This document shows positions 1 through 8,056 of a stretch of DNA of 32,000 nt, piece after piece. Origin of the DNA: Opitutia bacterium KCR 482 (GTDB lineage: Bacteria; Verrucomicrobiota; Verrucomicrobiia; Opitutales; Intestinicryptomonadaceae). Under the pieces are notes generated by a model. It searched no databases, was not told the origin of the DNA, and worked only from the letters and a program-made list of their open reading frames with translations. The stretch covers positions 630,001-662,000 of the forward strand of contig CP149973.1 in the NCBI GenBank assembly GCA_029269845.2, written 5' to 3'. The position numbers and the translations under genes are program-made. Every line of letters starts with the position of its first letter. Within the stretch, counting starts at the first letter, position 1.

Positions 1-1705
1 TCGGAGTGTTTTGGAAAAGGTAGGCCGTAGCCCCCAGCAGCCCCGCGTAGAGAATGAGGAACAGCGCCGACATGCGGACAATCCGCGCAACGAACGCGCC
101 GTACCTGTCGGCGACCCACTCGAAGCCCGCGTTGAAGCCCCTGAAAAACCAGCCGAAGAGCGCGTTCCAGATGCGCGTAAACCAGTCGGGCTTGTCGGTG
201 TGTTTTAGCATGATTGCGCAGAGCGCGGGCGAAAGCGTAAGCGAAACAATGCCCGAAAGGATTGTCGAAACCGCGATTGTCAGCGCGAACTGGCGGTAGA
301 ACTGCCCCGAAATGCCCTCGATGAACGCCGTCGGGACGAACACGCTCGAAAGCACGAGCACGATTGCAATCAGCGCGCCCTGCACCTGCGTCATCGCCTT
401 TTTCGTAGCCTCCTTCGCGTCGAGACCGTCGCGCATGTTGCGTTCCACGTTTTCGACGACGACGATTGCGTCGTCAACGACGATGCCGATTGCGAGCACC
501 AAGCCGAACAGCGAAAGGTTGTTAATCGAGAACCCGAACAGGTACATGAAGAAGAACGTTCCCACGAGCGAAACGGGAATCGCGAAAAGCGGAATCACCG
601 CCGCGCGCCAGTTTTGCAGGAACAGCATCATCACAAAAACGACGAGCAGAATCGCCTCGAAAATCGTGTGGTACACGGCCGAGACCGACGCGCGGATGTA
701 TTCCGTGTTGTCGAGCGTCACCTTGTAGTCCACGCCCGCGGGGAACTCCTTGCGCATTTCGTCGAGCGCCTTGTAGATGTTGTTTACGGTATTGATGCCG
801 TTCGTTCCGGGGAGCTGGTAGATGCCCATGCCCACGCACGGCATGCCGTTCATGGAGGATTCGTCGCTGTAAGTGTACGCGCCGAGCTCGATTGTCGCCA
901 CGTCTTTGAGCAGCACCGTCTTGCCGTCGGGCGTGTATTTAATGATGATGTTTTCGAACTCTTCGGGAGTCGCCAAACGCCCCTGCGTGTTGATGATAAG
1001 CTCGTGCGCGACGTTCGGGTTGGCGAGCGGCGGCTGGTTGAGCTTGCCCGCCGCAACCTGCTTGTTCTGCTCGCGCAAAGCCGACACTACCTGCGAGGCG
1101 TTCATGTTGAAGTGCGCAAGCCTGTCGGTGTTGAGCCACACGCGCATGCTGTATTCGCGCTTGCCGAAAATGTTGACGTCGCTGACGCCGTATATGCGCG
1201 ATAGCCTGTCGACCATCTGCGTGATTGCGTAGTTGGTGAGGTACAGTTTGTCGCGGCTGCCGTCGGGCGAATAGAGGTTGCAGACAACGAGCATGTCGGG
1301 CGACCTCTTCTTGACGACAACGCCGATGTTGCGCACGTCGTCGGGGAGTCGGGGAGTCGCCATCGAGACGCGGTTCTGAACCTGAACCTGCGCGATGTCG
1401 ATGTTCGTGCCGAGCTCGAATGTAACGGTGATGGAAACCGAGCCGTCGGCGTTGCACTGGCTCGACATGTACATCATTTTTTCGACGCCGTTGATTTCCT
1501 GTTCGAGCGGCGCGACGACCGTATCCATGAGGATTTCGGGCGACGCCCCGGGATAGCTTGTCGAAACCGAGACCTGCGGCGGAACAACGTCGGGATACTG
1601 GGTAACGGGAAGCCTGAAATAGCCAACCACCCCGATTAGGGTGATGAGAATGGAAATGACCGCCGCGAAAATCGGCCTGTCTATGAAAAAGTGCGAGAAT
1701 TTCAT
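1..1705 (-). CDS. RND (AcrB/MexB-type, HAE1) efflux permease, N-terminal ~568 aa; the gene runs off the window start
   Basis: Absent from the ORF track because there is no stop codon in the window. Hand translation from the ATG at 1705 gives MKFSHFFIDRPIFAAVISILITLIGVVGYFRLPVTQYPDVVPPQVSVSTSYPGASPE...LAIGIVVDDAIVVVENVERNM...FLILYAGLLGATAYLFQNTP. This is the canonical AcrB N-terminus and TM4 motif. The frame stays open to base 1 and starts 15 nt after the adaptor gene stop. Confidence 0.9.
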   Translation of the reverse strand, partial: MKFSHFFIDRPIFAAVISILITLIGVVGYFRLPVTQYPDVVPPQVSVSTSYPGASPEILMDTVVAPLEQEINGVEKMMYMSSQCNADGSVSITVTFELGTNIDIAQVQVQNRVSMATPRLPDDVRNIGVVVKKRSPDMLVVCNLYSPDGSRDKLYLTNYAITQMVDRLSRIYGVSDVNIFGKREYSMRVWLNTDRLAHFNMNASQVVSALREQNKQVAAGKLNQPPLANPNVAHELIINTQGRLATPEEFENIIIKYTPDGKTVLLKDVATIELGAYTYSDESSMNGMPCVGMGIYQLPGTNGINTVNNIYKALDEMRKEFPAGVDYKVTLDNTEYIRASVSAVYHTIFEAILLVVFVMMLFLQNWRAAVIPLFAIPVSLVGTFFFMYLFGFSINNLSLFGLVLAIGIVVDDAIVVVENVERNMRDGLDAKEATKKAMTQVQGALIAIVLVLSSVFVPTAFIEGISGQFYRQFALTIAVSTILSGIVSLTLSPALCAIMLKHTDKPDWFTRIWNALFGWFFRGFNAGFEWVADRYGAFVARIVRMSALFLILYAGLLGATAYLFQNTP

Positions 1706-1720
1706 TTCCGTTTGCCTCTT

Positions 1721-2884
1721 TTATTTGCCCTCTTCGAACTTGATTTCGGCGGGCGCGACTTTCGTTCCGGGGGCGGCGCGCTGCAGCCCAACGGCGACAA
1801 CCCTGTCGTCGGGCGAAACGCCTTCGTCAATCACGCGGTACTTGCCGAGCAGTCTGCCGACCTTCACGGGGCGGTACTGCGCGATGTCGTTTTTGTCGAC
1901 GACTACGACATAGCGGTTCACGAGGTCCGTGCCGATGATGTCTTCGGGCACGAGCACCACGGGGTGTTCCTTTTCGGCGAGCACGCTGATTTTCGCGAAC
2001 ATTCCGGGCGAAAGCAGGTAGTCGGAATTGTCGAAGTCGGCGCGCATTGTAAGGCTCGAAGTCTCCGTTCCGATTTTGTTGTCGAAGTATGTAAGCTGTC
2101 CGTCGCGGGTTGTCTTGCCGTCGAGCAGCACGATTTTCGTTTTCGGGCCGGTCTTTTTAACGGAGTCAATCTGCTTGAAAAGCCCCGTGTTCTTGTAGCG
2201 GATATTGTCGCGCTCGCTGATTTCGAAATACGCCTGAATGACGTCGCATTTTACGATTGTCGTAAGGAGCGTGGAGTTCGCCGAAACGAGGTTGCCTGCG
2301 TCCACCATTGCCTCGCCGACCTTGCCCGAAATCGGAGCGCGGATATGCGTGAATTCGAGGTTCAGCTCGGCGTCGCGCAGCCGCGCACGGGCGTCGAGAA
2401 GCGCGGCTTCGGCGGAAAGCAGCTCGCTTGTGCGGGTTTCGAAAGTCTCCTTCGAAATCGCCTTTGCGGCGAAAAGCTCCTTCGCGCGGTCGGTGTTGCT
2501 TTTTGCGAGCGTAAGACGCGCCTCGACTTCCTTCACCTGCGCCTTTGCCGAAGCAAGAGCCGCCTCGTAGGGGCGCGGATCAATCACGAAAAGAAGGTCG
2601 CCCTCCTTGACGAATTCGCCCTCCTTGAAGGCGACTTTTTGAAGATAGCCGCCGACGCGCGCGCGCAGTTCGACGTACGCAAGGGCTTCGAGACGCGCGG
2701 TGTAGTCGTCCCAAAATTCGACCGACTTGTGCAGGGGCTTTGCTACCTGAACCGCAGGCGCGGGACGCGCAGCCCCCGCCGACGCCGCTACGTTTTTCTT
2801 GCACCCCGATGCGAATGCCGTTGCGGCGGCAATCAGCGCGACCGCAAATTTACATATATAGATGTCTGTCTTTTTCATGTTCAT
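1721..2884 (-). CDS. RND efflux periplasmic adaptor (membrane fusion protein), probable lipoprotein
   Basis: 387-aa ORF. It has a signal peptide with lipobox ...AFASGC, the coiled-coil hairpin region EAALASAKAQVKEVEARL...LLSAEAALLDARARLRDAELNLEFTHIRAPISG, and the beta-barrel/MP domains typical of AcrA/MexA. It lies directly upstream of the RND permease. An alternative start at M3 (2878) is possible. Confidence 0.9.
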   Translation of the reverse strand: MNMKKTDIYICKFAVALIAAATAFASGCKKNVAASAGAARPAPAVQVAKPLHKSVEFWDDYTARLEALAYVELRARVGGYLQKVAFKEGEFVKEGDLLFVIDPRPYEAALASAKAQVKEVEARLTLAKSNTDRAKELFAAKAISKETFETRTSELLSAEAALLDARARLRDAELNLEFTHIRAPISGKVGEAMVDAGNLVSANSTLLTTIVKCDVIQAYFEISERDNIRYKNTGLFKQIDSVKKTGPKTKIVLLDGKTTRDGQLTYFDNKIGTETSSLTMRADFDNSDYLLSPGMFAKISVLAEKEHPVVLVPEDIIGTDLVNRYVVVVDKNDIAQYRPVKVGRLLGKYRVIDEGVSPDDRVVAVGLQRAAPGTKVAPAEIKFEEGK

Positions 2885-2921
2885 TGTCGATGTTTCCTAA
2901 ATTTTGTTTTTCCGGATTTTT

Positions 2922-3590
2922 CTAAGAAATGATTTTTTCGAGAGTGGCGGAAAACACGCTCTCCACCTTTTTGTACTCGGCGTCGCCGAAAGACTTCCAG
3001 CCGATGGCGCGCTTGAATCCGAGCCTCGCCGAATTGAAGAGCATAATCTGCCCCAAAAGCATGTGGGCGAGAATGCAAGCCTGCTCGCCGAAACTTTTGC
3101 CGCGCGTGCACACCGCAAGCATTTCGGAAAGCAGGTTCATAGACGGAAAGATTATTTTTTCGTAGATTACGTCGAACGCCTTTGTGGGGTACATTTCCTC
3201 GCGCGTGATAATCATTATTGTGTTGCGCAAAAGCGCGTCCGACTTCGAATCGACGCAAACGCGGCTCATCACGAAATCGAGTATGAGCTTCTTTGCGTCC
3301 GCCGCCGATTTCGTCTTTCCGATTTCCGCGCCCCGCGCAAAATAGTCCGCCATGTAGATGTGAATGTAGTCGGCAAGCTGCCTGACTGTCTCGTAATAAA
3401 GCTCGTTTTTCCCGCCGAAATAGTAGCTGATTGCGGCGTGATTGACGCCCGCGGTGGCGGCAATGCTGCGCGTACGCGCCGCCGACAGCGGATAGGTCGC
3501 GAACTCCTCAATCGCCGCCTTTATTATCTTTGCCTTTGCGTCGGAACAAACGCCCTCGGACAATTCGGCAACATAATTTTTTTCAATCAT
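2922..3590 (-). CDS. TetR/AcrR-family transcriptional regulator
   Basis: 222-aa ORF with the N-terminal HTH signature IIKAAIEEFATYPLSAARTRSIAATAGVNHAAISYYFGGKNELY. It sits 37 nt upstream of, and co-directional with, the adaptor and RND genes. Confidence 0.88.
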   Translation of the reverse strand: MIEKNYVAELSEGVCSDAKAKIIKAAIEEFATYPLSAARTRSIAATAGVNHAAISYYFGGKNELYYETVRQLADYIHIYMADYFARGAEIGKTKSAADAKKLILDFVMSRVCVDSKSDALLRNTIMIITREEMYPTKAFDVIYEKIIFPSMNLLSEMLAVCTRGKSFGEQACILAHMLLGQIMLFNSARLGFKRAIGWKSFGDAEYKKVESVFSATLEKIIS

Positions 3591-3597
3591 AAGGTTT

Positions 3598-3622
3598 AAC
3601 CAAACGGTTAATCCGTTTGGTT
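3598..3622. promoter_or_regulatory. Candidate TetR operator: perfect 10-bp inverted repeat AACCAAACGG-ttaat-CCGTTTGGTT
   Basis: Read directly from the sequence. The repeat begins 8 nt upstream of the tetR ATG (3590). On the minus strand it abuts a consensus TTGACA (3627-3622). This is the usual arrangement for TetR autoregulation. Confidence 0.6.
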
Positions 3623-3642
3623 GTCAAACTTTTTTTCGGAAA

Positions 3643-3677
3643 TTTTATGCGTCGCGCCCTTCCCCCGACGCATAAAA
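3643..3677. other. 12-bp perfect inverted repeat TTTTATGCGTCG-N11-CGACGCATAAAA
   Basis: Read directly from the sequence. It lies between the MFS gene terminator and the tetR promoter. It could be a second terminator/insulator hairpin or a protein-binding site; the sequence alone cannot decide. Confidence 0.4.
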
Positions 3678-3704
3678 AAAACGGCTGTTTGCAGACCGCC
3701 GTTC
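3672..3704 (-). terminator. Rho-independent terminator of the MFS gene
   Basis: The minus strand reads AACGGC-ggtctgcaaaca-GCCGTT followed by TTTTTTTT, starting 18 nt after the stop at 3722. Confidence 0.6.
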
Positions 3705-3721
3705 CCCGCGCAAACCCCGCG

Positions 3722-4876
3722 CTAATTTTCCACGCGCGAGCGCAGCACGGGCGAAACTATCGTCACGAAAATTCCGACCGCTCCCATCAGCGCGAACGAA
3801 AACCTCAAACTCGAAACGTGCGCTATGTAGCCGATAATCGGCGGGAAAAGCAGGAATCCGAAAAATCCGACTGTCGAAACGACCGCAATCGCCATGCCCG
3901 ACGGCATTCTGCGCGAACGCCCCGCCAGACTATAACATGTGGGCACTACCGACGACACCCCGAAGCCCACAAGCAGAAATCCCAACGCGCCCGTTATCGC
4001 GCTCGGATACGAAATCGCCGTCGCCATGCCCGCGGCAATCAGCACGCCGCTTATCCGCAAAACCGCCAAGTGCCCGAAGCGGTTTATCAGGAAGTCGGCG
4101 ACAAACCGCCCCGTAGCCATCGCCGACATGAACGAAATGAAGCCGATTCTGCTTGTGTCGGGAGGCGTTCCCACGACGTCGCGGAAGAAAATTACGCTCC
4201 AATCGAACATCGCGCCCTCGCAGCTCATGCAAGAAAACGCAATCACTCCCAAGAAGAGAATGAAGGGCGTCGGACGCCAAAAGCTCCGCGTGCGGGTGTC
4301 GGCCTCCGGCGCGAAATCCTCGACAACGAAGTAGCGCGAGGCAAGCAGCAGCGAGACGAATGTAAACACGTTCACCCCTATGTAGTGCGGCAGCACGCCG
4401 ACGTTGAAGCCCACAAGCAACGCGCTCAAAACGCCGCCGGAAAAGCCCGCCAAACTCCACAACCCGTGGAACGACGCCATCACCGAACGCCCGTAGATGC
4501 GCTCGACGTCCACCGCCTGCGTGTTGATTGAAATGTTCGACATGTTCGCGGAAATCCCGAAGAGGAAAAGCGCGGCGAAAAGCGTCGAGATTGAGTCGGC
4601 GCAAGTCATCGCAAAAAGCATCGCGGGGTACAGCACGCCCGCAATGCGGACAATCTTCGCGCTCGAAAACTTCGCCACAAGCCAGCCCGACAACATCATC
4701 ACCGACATCTGCCCGAGCGGAATAGCAAAGAGTATAGAGCCCAACGTGGCGTCGTCGAGGTTCAGCGACGCCTTGAAATCGGGAATGCGCGTCGCCCATG
4801 CCGAAAAAACCAAGCCCTGATTGAAGAAAAGCGCGCCCACCGCAATTCTGTTTAATATCCGACTATTTTTGCACAT
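3722..4876 (-). CDS. MFS transporter, YbjJ-like
   Basis: 384-aa polytopic hydrophobic ORF starting at an ATG. Motifs SAWATRIPDFKASL, NTQAVDVE and FHGLWSLAGFSGG match my memory of E. coli YbjJ-type MFS proteins. Confidence 0.8.
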   Translation of the reverse strand: MCKNSRILNRIAVGALFFNQGLVFSAWATRIPDFKASLNLDDATLGSILFAIPLGQMSVMMLSGWLVAKFSSAKIVRIAGVLYPAMLFAMTCADSISTLFAALFLFGISANMSNISINTQAVDVERIYGRSVMASFHGLWSLAGFSGGVLSALLVGFNVGVLPHYIGVNVFTFVSLLLASRYFVVEDFAPEADTRTRSFWRPTPFILFLGVIAFSCMSCEGAMFDWSVIFFRDVVGTPPDTSRIGFISFMSAMATGRFVADFLINRFGHLAVLRISGVLIAAGMATAISYPSAITGALGFLLVGFGVSSVVPTCYSLAGRSRRMPSGMAIAVVSTVGFFGFLLFPPIIGYIAHVSSLRFSFALMGAVGIFVTIVSPVLRSRVEN

Positions 4877-4993
4877 AAAAATACCGTATTACAGACTTTT
4901 GAATTTTTACGGAGGGAGGAGTTTGAAACCGAAAACGCGCTTGTCGATTAAAATTTTTCGAAAAAATACGCGCCCCCAAAGCACCCAGCCGCC

Positions 4994-6643
4994 CTACTTC
5001 TTCGCTGGCGCGGCGGACTTCCCCGCGCGTTCCGCGTCCTTCCGCGCCTTCTCGGCGGCGGCCTTCGCGCGGACGGCAGCGTCGATTTCCTCGAACCTGC
5101 GCTTCAACGACGCAAACTTTTCCGAAAGCGGCAATCCCGATTTCGCCGAAAGCCCCGCCGCCCGCGCAACGACCGCCCGCTTGAACGCGTCGGAAAGCGA
5201 AAGCGGAAGCCTCTCGTAAACCGACATCGCCTCCGCATATTTTTTCCGCGACTCGAAAAACCGCGCAAGCGCAAACGCCGTGCCCAACTTGTCGGGCGCG
5301 GAAAATATGCCGCGCGTAAGAAGCGCGTCGGCATGGCGCAAAGAGTCGCCGTAGCCGTCGTCAATCAGACGCATTAAAAGCGCGTCGTCGGGAATCCGCC
5401 CCACCCACGACTCTATGTATTTAGAGACCTCCTCCGCGCCCGCGCCCTTCGCCAACCGTCTGTTCGCCTCGCGCAGCACGACATACTGCGAAAGCCCGTC
5501 GATTTCCCCGCGTTCGAGAGCCGCCAACTGCACGTCAAGCCCCACATTGAACGGCGCGTACAAAGGGTCGCCCACAACAAGCGTCTGCCAACTCAAATCG
5601 GGAACGGAGGCATACGCAACCTCGCCCGCCGACATGCCCCGCGCATACGCCTCCGCGACGGCGTCCACATGGTGCGTGCCCGAAAGATACGGCTCGTAGA
5701 CGTTTCCGAAAGACTGCGCCGCGCCGCAACGCAAAAACCGCAGAGTCCAGCCGCTCGAACGCAGATTTTTCGCGCTGTAAGAATATATGTGGTCGGCAAT
5801 CGCGCCGTCGGCGAGGGAAAAGCCCTCCTCCAAGAAATAAAAACGCGGATTCGCCGCATACCACCCCAAATAAACTGCCGCGGCGTCCATTCGCGAATAG
5901 TAGTCGAAAAGCCCGCGCCCCTCGTCAACCGAAACGTCAAAATACATCGAGCGGAAAACCGACGCGGCGGAGTCGAGCCACCTGTCGCCCATCGCATACT
6001 TCTTCGACTTGTCTATGTACACCCTGCCCCGCAAGCCCGTCCTCTCGGCGGCAAGGGCAGACTCCACCGACTTCTTCGCAGTCGCGAAAGAATCGCCGTC
6101 GAGCCGCGCAACACGCAAAACGCCGAATACCTTGTGCGAGTCGGGATTGGCGTAGTTTCGGAAGAGCGGGTTCGGACACGAACGCGCAAGAGAGTCGGAG
6201 GCAATGAAAGTCGCGGCAAGCTCGGAATCGACCGACGCGCCGTCGAAGGGCGATTTTTTCGGAGAAGTCGGCGCAACAGAATGCGGCATCATGCACATCA
6301 CAATGAAATCGACGTCGTGCGAAAGAAACGCATAAAGCCTGCGCGGATACTTCGCCGACCGCCCGATAACCGTAGCCGATACCGCACCGCGCGCAACGAG
6401 GGCGTCAATGACGGGGTCGGCAACACTCCGCTCGTAAACCGAGCGCGAAATAACGGCAGACTTCCCCGCGGAAACGGGAATGATGTTTTCGGAGGGAATC
6501 GAACGAGCGCGGGAATAGAATTCGGCAAGACGGAGGGAGTCGGTGGAGTCGGAGTTCGCAATAATGAAGATACGGGAAACATCAACCGCCGCATACGCGA
6601 AAGAGGAAATGAGCATTACGAAACCTGTAATAAGAAAACGCAT
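4994..6643 (-). CDS. Secreted protein of unknown function resembling the uncharacterised TIGR03790 family, with a C-terminal helical/TPR-like region and a Lys/Ala-rich tail
   Basis: The track ORF (to 6697) begins at a TTG. The ATG at 6643 gives a signal peptide MRFLITGFVMLISSFAYA. Family-like blocks are IIANSDSTDSLRLAEFYSRARSIPSENIIPV, YLGWYA, ADHIYSYSA, GAAQSFGNVYEPYL and WQTLVVGDPLYAPF. The tail reads RRFEEIDAAVRAKAAAEKARKDAERAGKSAAPAKK. The family assignment is from memory. Confidence 0.6.
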   Translation of the reverse strand: MRFLITGFVMLISSFAYAAVDVSRIFIIANSDSTDSLRLAEFYSRARSIPSENIIPVSAGKSAVISRSVYERSVADPVIDALVARGAVSATVIGRSAKYPRRLYAFLSHDVDFIVMCMMPHSVAPTSPKKSPFDGASVDSELAATFIASDSLARSCPNPLFRNYANPDSHKVFGVLRVARLDGDSFATAKKSVESALAAERTGLRGRVYIDKSKKYAMGDRWLDSAASVFRSMYFDVSVDEGRGLFDYYSRMDAAAVYLGWYAANPRFYFLEEGFSLADGAIADHIYSYSAKNLRSSGWTLRFLRCGAAQSFGNVYEPYLSGTHHVDAVAEAYARGMSAGEVAYASVPDLSWQTLVVGDPLYAPFNVGLDVQLAALERGEIDGLSQYVVLREANRRLAKGAGAEEVSKYIESWVGRIPDDALLMRLIDDGYGDSLRHADALLTRGIFSAPDKLGTAFALARFFESRKKYAEAMSVYERLPLSLSDAFKRAVVARAAGLSAKSGLPLSEKFASLKRRFEEIDAAVRAKAAAEKARKDAERAGKSAAPAKK

Positions 6644-6772
6644 GTAAAAAATAAAAGCCGCCGCAACGGAATAATCAAACGAAAACAAGCATCTCAAATA
6701 AAACTAAAAAGCGGAGAAATAAATATTGACTGAACCCCAATGACGTGACAGATTGGCAGACTTACATAAAAA

Positions 6773-6861
<89 letters not shown>

Positions 6862-6866
6862 GTTTT

Positions 6867-6896
6867 AAATTTCACACGAACCCGTGTGAAATTTTT
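6867..6896 (+). terminator. Rho-independent terminator of tRNA-Ser
   Basis: 12-bp perfect stem AAATTTCACACG-aacc-CGTGTGAAATTT whose 3' arm runs into a T-tract (ATTTTT), starting 7 nt after the tRNA. Confidence 0.75.
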
Positions 6897-7967
6897 GGGT
6901 CAACACCAAAGAGAGTGGATTTTAATGAAAGACGCCGCATAGAACCAAGACCCTCAATCTGTAATTTTGGAAGTTTTTATAACCGTAAGCCATTCGTTGT
7001 ATTAGTTTCATTTTCCTGTGGAAGCCTTCCGTTATCCCGTTATTTTTCGTAAATCTCCACATGCGGATTATCGGCGCAAACCAGTCGCTTATGGTTTCTG
7101 CTATCCTCTCAAACTCTTGTGTCGCTTCGTATTTCATCTGTTTCATCATTGTTTTCAGTTCTCTTATATTTCTCTTACATTCCTTTGCCGTTTGATGTTT
7201 CCTGTTCAGCAGCTCGCACAATCTTTCCTTAAACTCGTAAGCCAGCTTTATCGCGGGATTGTTCACAAAAAACTTTTCCAATCGCTCTCGCTCTTCGGCT
7301 TTCAACCTATCTCCACGTTTTCGCAATGGGTAGGTCAGTTTCCTGTTCCATTTTACCTCTTCTTGGGCTTGTTTGCAATTCAAGCGAAGCGCGAATGAGA
7401 TTTTGCCGCAGGCAAGAGACCCGAAGGGCGAGACGGTTTGCGCATGCAAACGCGAGTCAAAACTCCATAAAATGGTACAATACCAATCTTATTACGTGGA
7501 ACCTGTCCGCCACTATTTTTGCTTTCGGAAAACACCGCCTTACTATGCTTCGGTAGCTGCTGCTTAAATCCATACACACTACTTTTACTTTATCCCGACC
7601 TTTGTAGCTCATTAACTTACTTTCCACCAAGTTGCGAGATTTCCCCTCTATCACATCGTATACCCTATGATGCGTTAAATCCGCTATCGTTGTCGCAAAC
7701 TTGTACACATAACATAAAAGCTTTCACTTCTGGCTTAACACACCGTTGTAATCACCGTTTACCGCAAATCGAATTAGATGTCGTAAAAAACTACACAGCA
7801 GAACATCGTCCACTCTCGCGTTCAAAGCCATACTCCAAAATTCCGCGTGGTTCGAAGAAGCATTTTGCCTCGGCTTTTGTGAATTTATTGGCTGCCAAGC
7901 TGACAGTTTTTTTCAAAAATCGAAAAATCTTACCGACTCGGATTTTGTTTAAAAACACCACTCTTTT
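6897..7967 (-). mobile_element. Decayed ISL3-family insertion sequence remnant; right boundary uncertain
   Basis: It contains the transposase pseudogene listed next. GC is about 30% in a sample line (7141-7200). The left end GGGTCAACACCAAAGAGAGTGGATTTT begins right after the tRNA terminator. Only a weak inverted match, AAAACACCACTCTTTT, is seen at 7952-7967. Confidence 0.35.
6922..7708 (-). pseudogene. ISL3-family transposase, N-terminally truncated and frame-disrupted
   Basis: Two adjacent minus-strand ORFs lie in different frames. 7457-7708 encodes ...VKVVCMDLSSSYRSIVRRCFPKAKIVADRFHVIRL (DDE core). 6922-7449 encodes ...NNGITEGFHRKMKLIQRMAYGYKNFQNYRLRVLVLCG (the typical ISL3 C-terminus). 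An in-frame TGA follows FMEF, then a +1 shift. A stop lies 8 codons upstream of 7708 and no zinc-finger/HTH N-terminus remains. Confidence 0.8.
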
Positions 7968-8012
7968 CCCGCCGAAAGCTTGCCATCTCACACTGTCGTT
8001 TATGTAATCGCC

Positions 8013-8049
8013 AATAAAAAACGAAACCCCGCCAGTTTTGGCAGGGTTT
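8013..8049 (-). terminator. Rho-independent terminator at the end of the CAZyme cluster (after the ARH-fold gene)
   Basis: 11-bp stem with one mismatch (AAACCCTGCCA-aaac-TGGCGGGGTTT on the minus strand), followed by CGTTTTTTATT. It starts 8 nt after the stop at 8057. The plus strand also has a T-run, so it may act in both directions. Confidence 0.7.
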
Positions 8050-8056
8050 TTGCGGT

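Noticed and set aside
1691-2932. 413-aa plus-strand ORF
   Set aside because: It lies antisense to the clearly recognisable RND adaptor gene and has no motifs of its own. It is a shadow ORF.
3617-6733. Long ORFs on the opposite strand or in alternative frames (3617-4531, 3930-4799, 5669-6733 and smaller ones)
   Set aside because: They overlap the MFS and TIGR03790-like genes and have Arg/His-rich nonsense composition.
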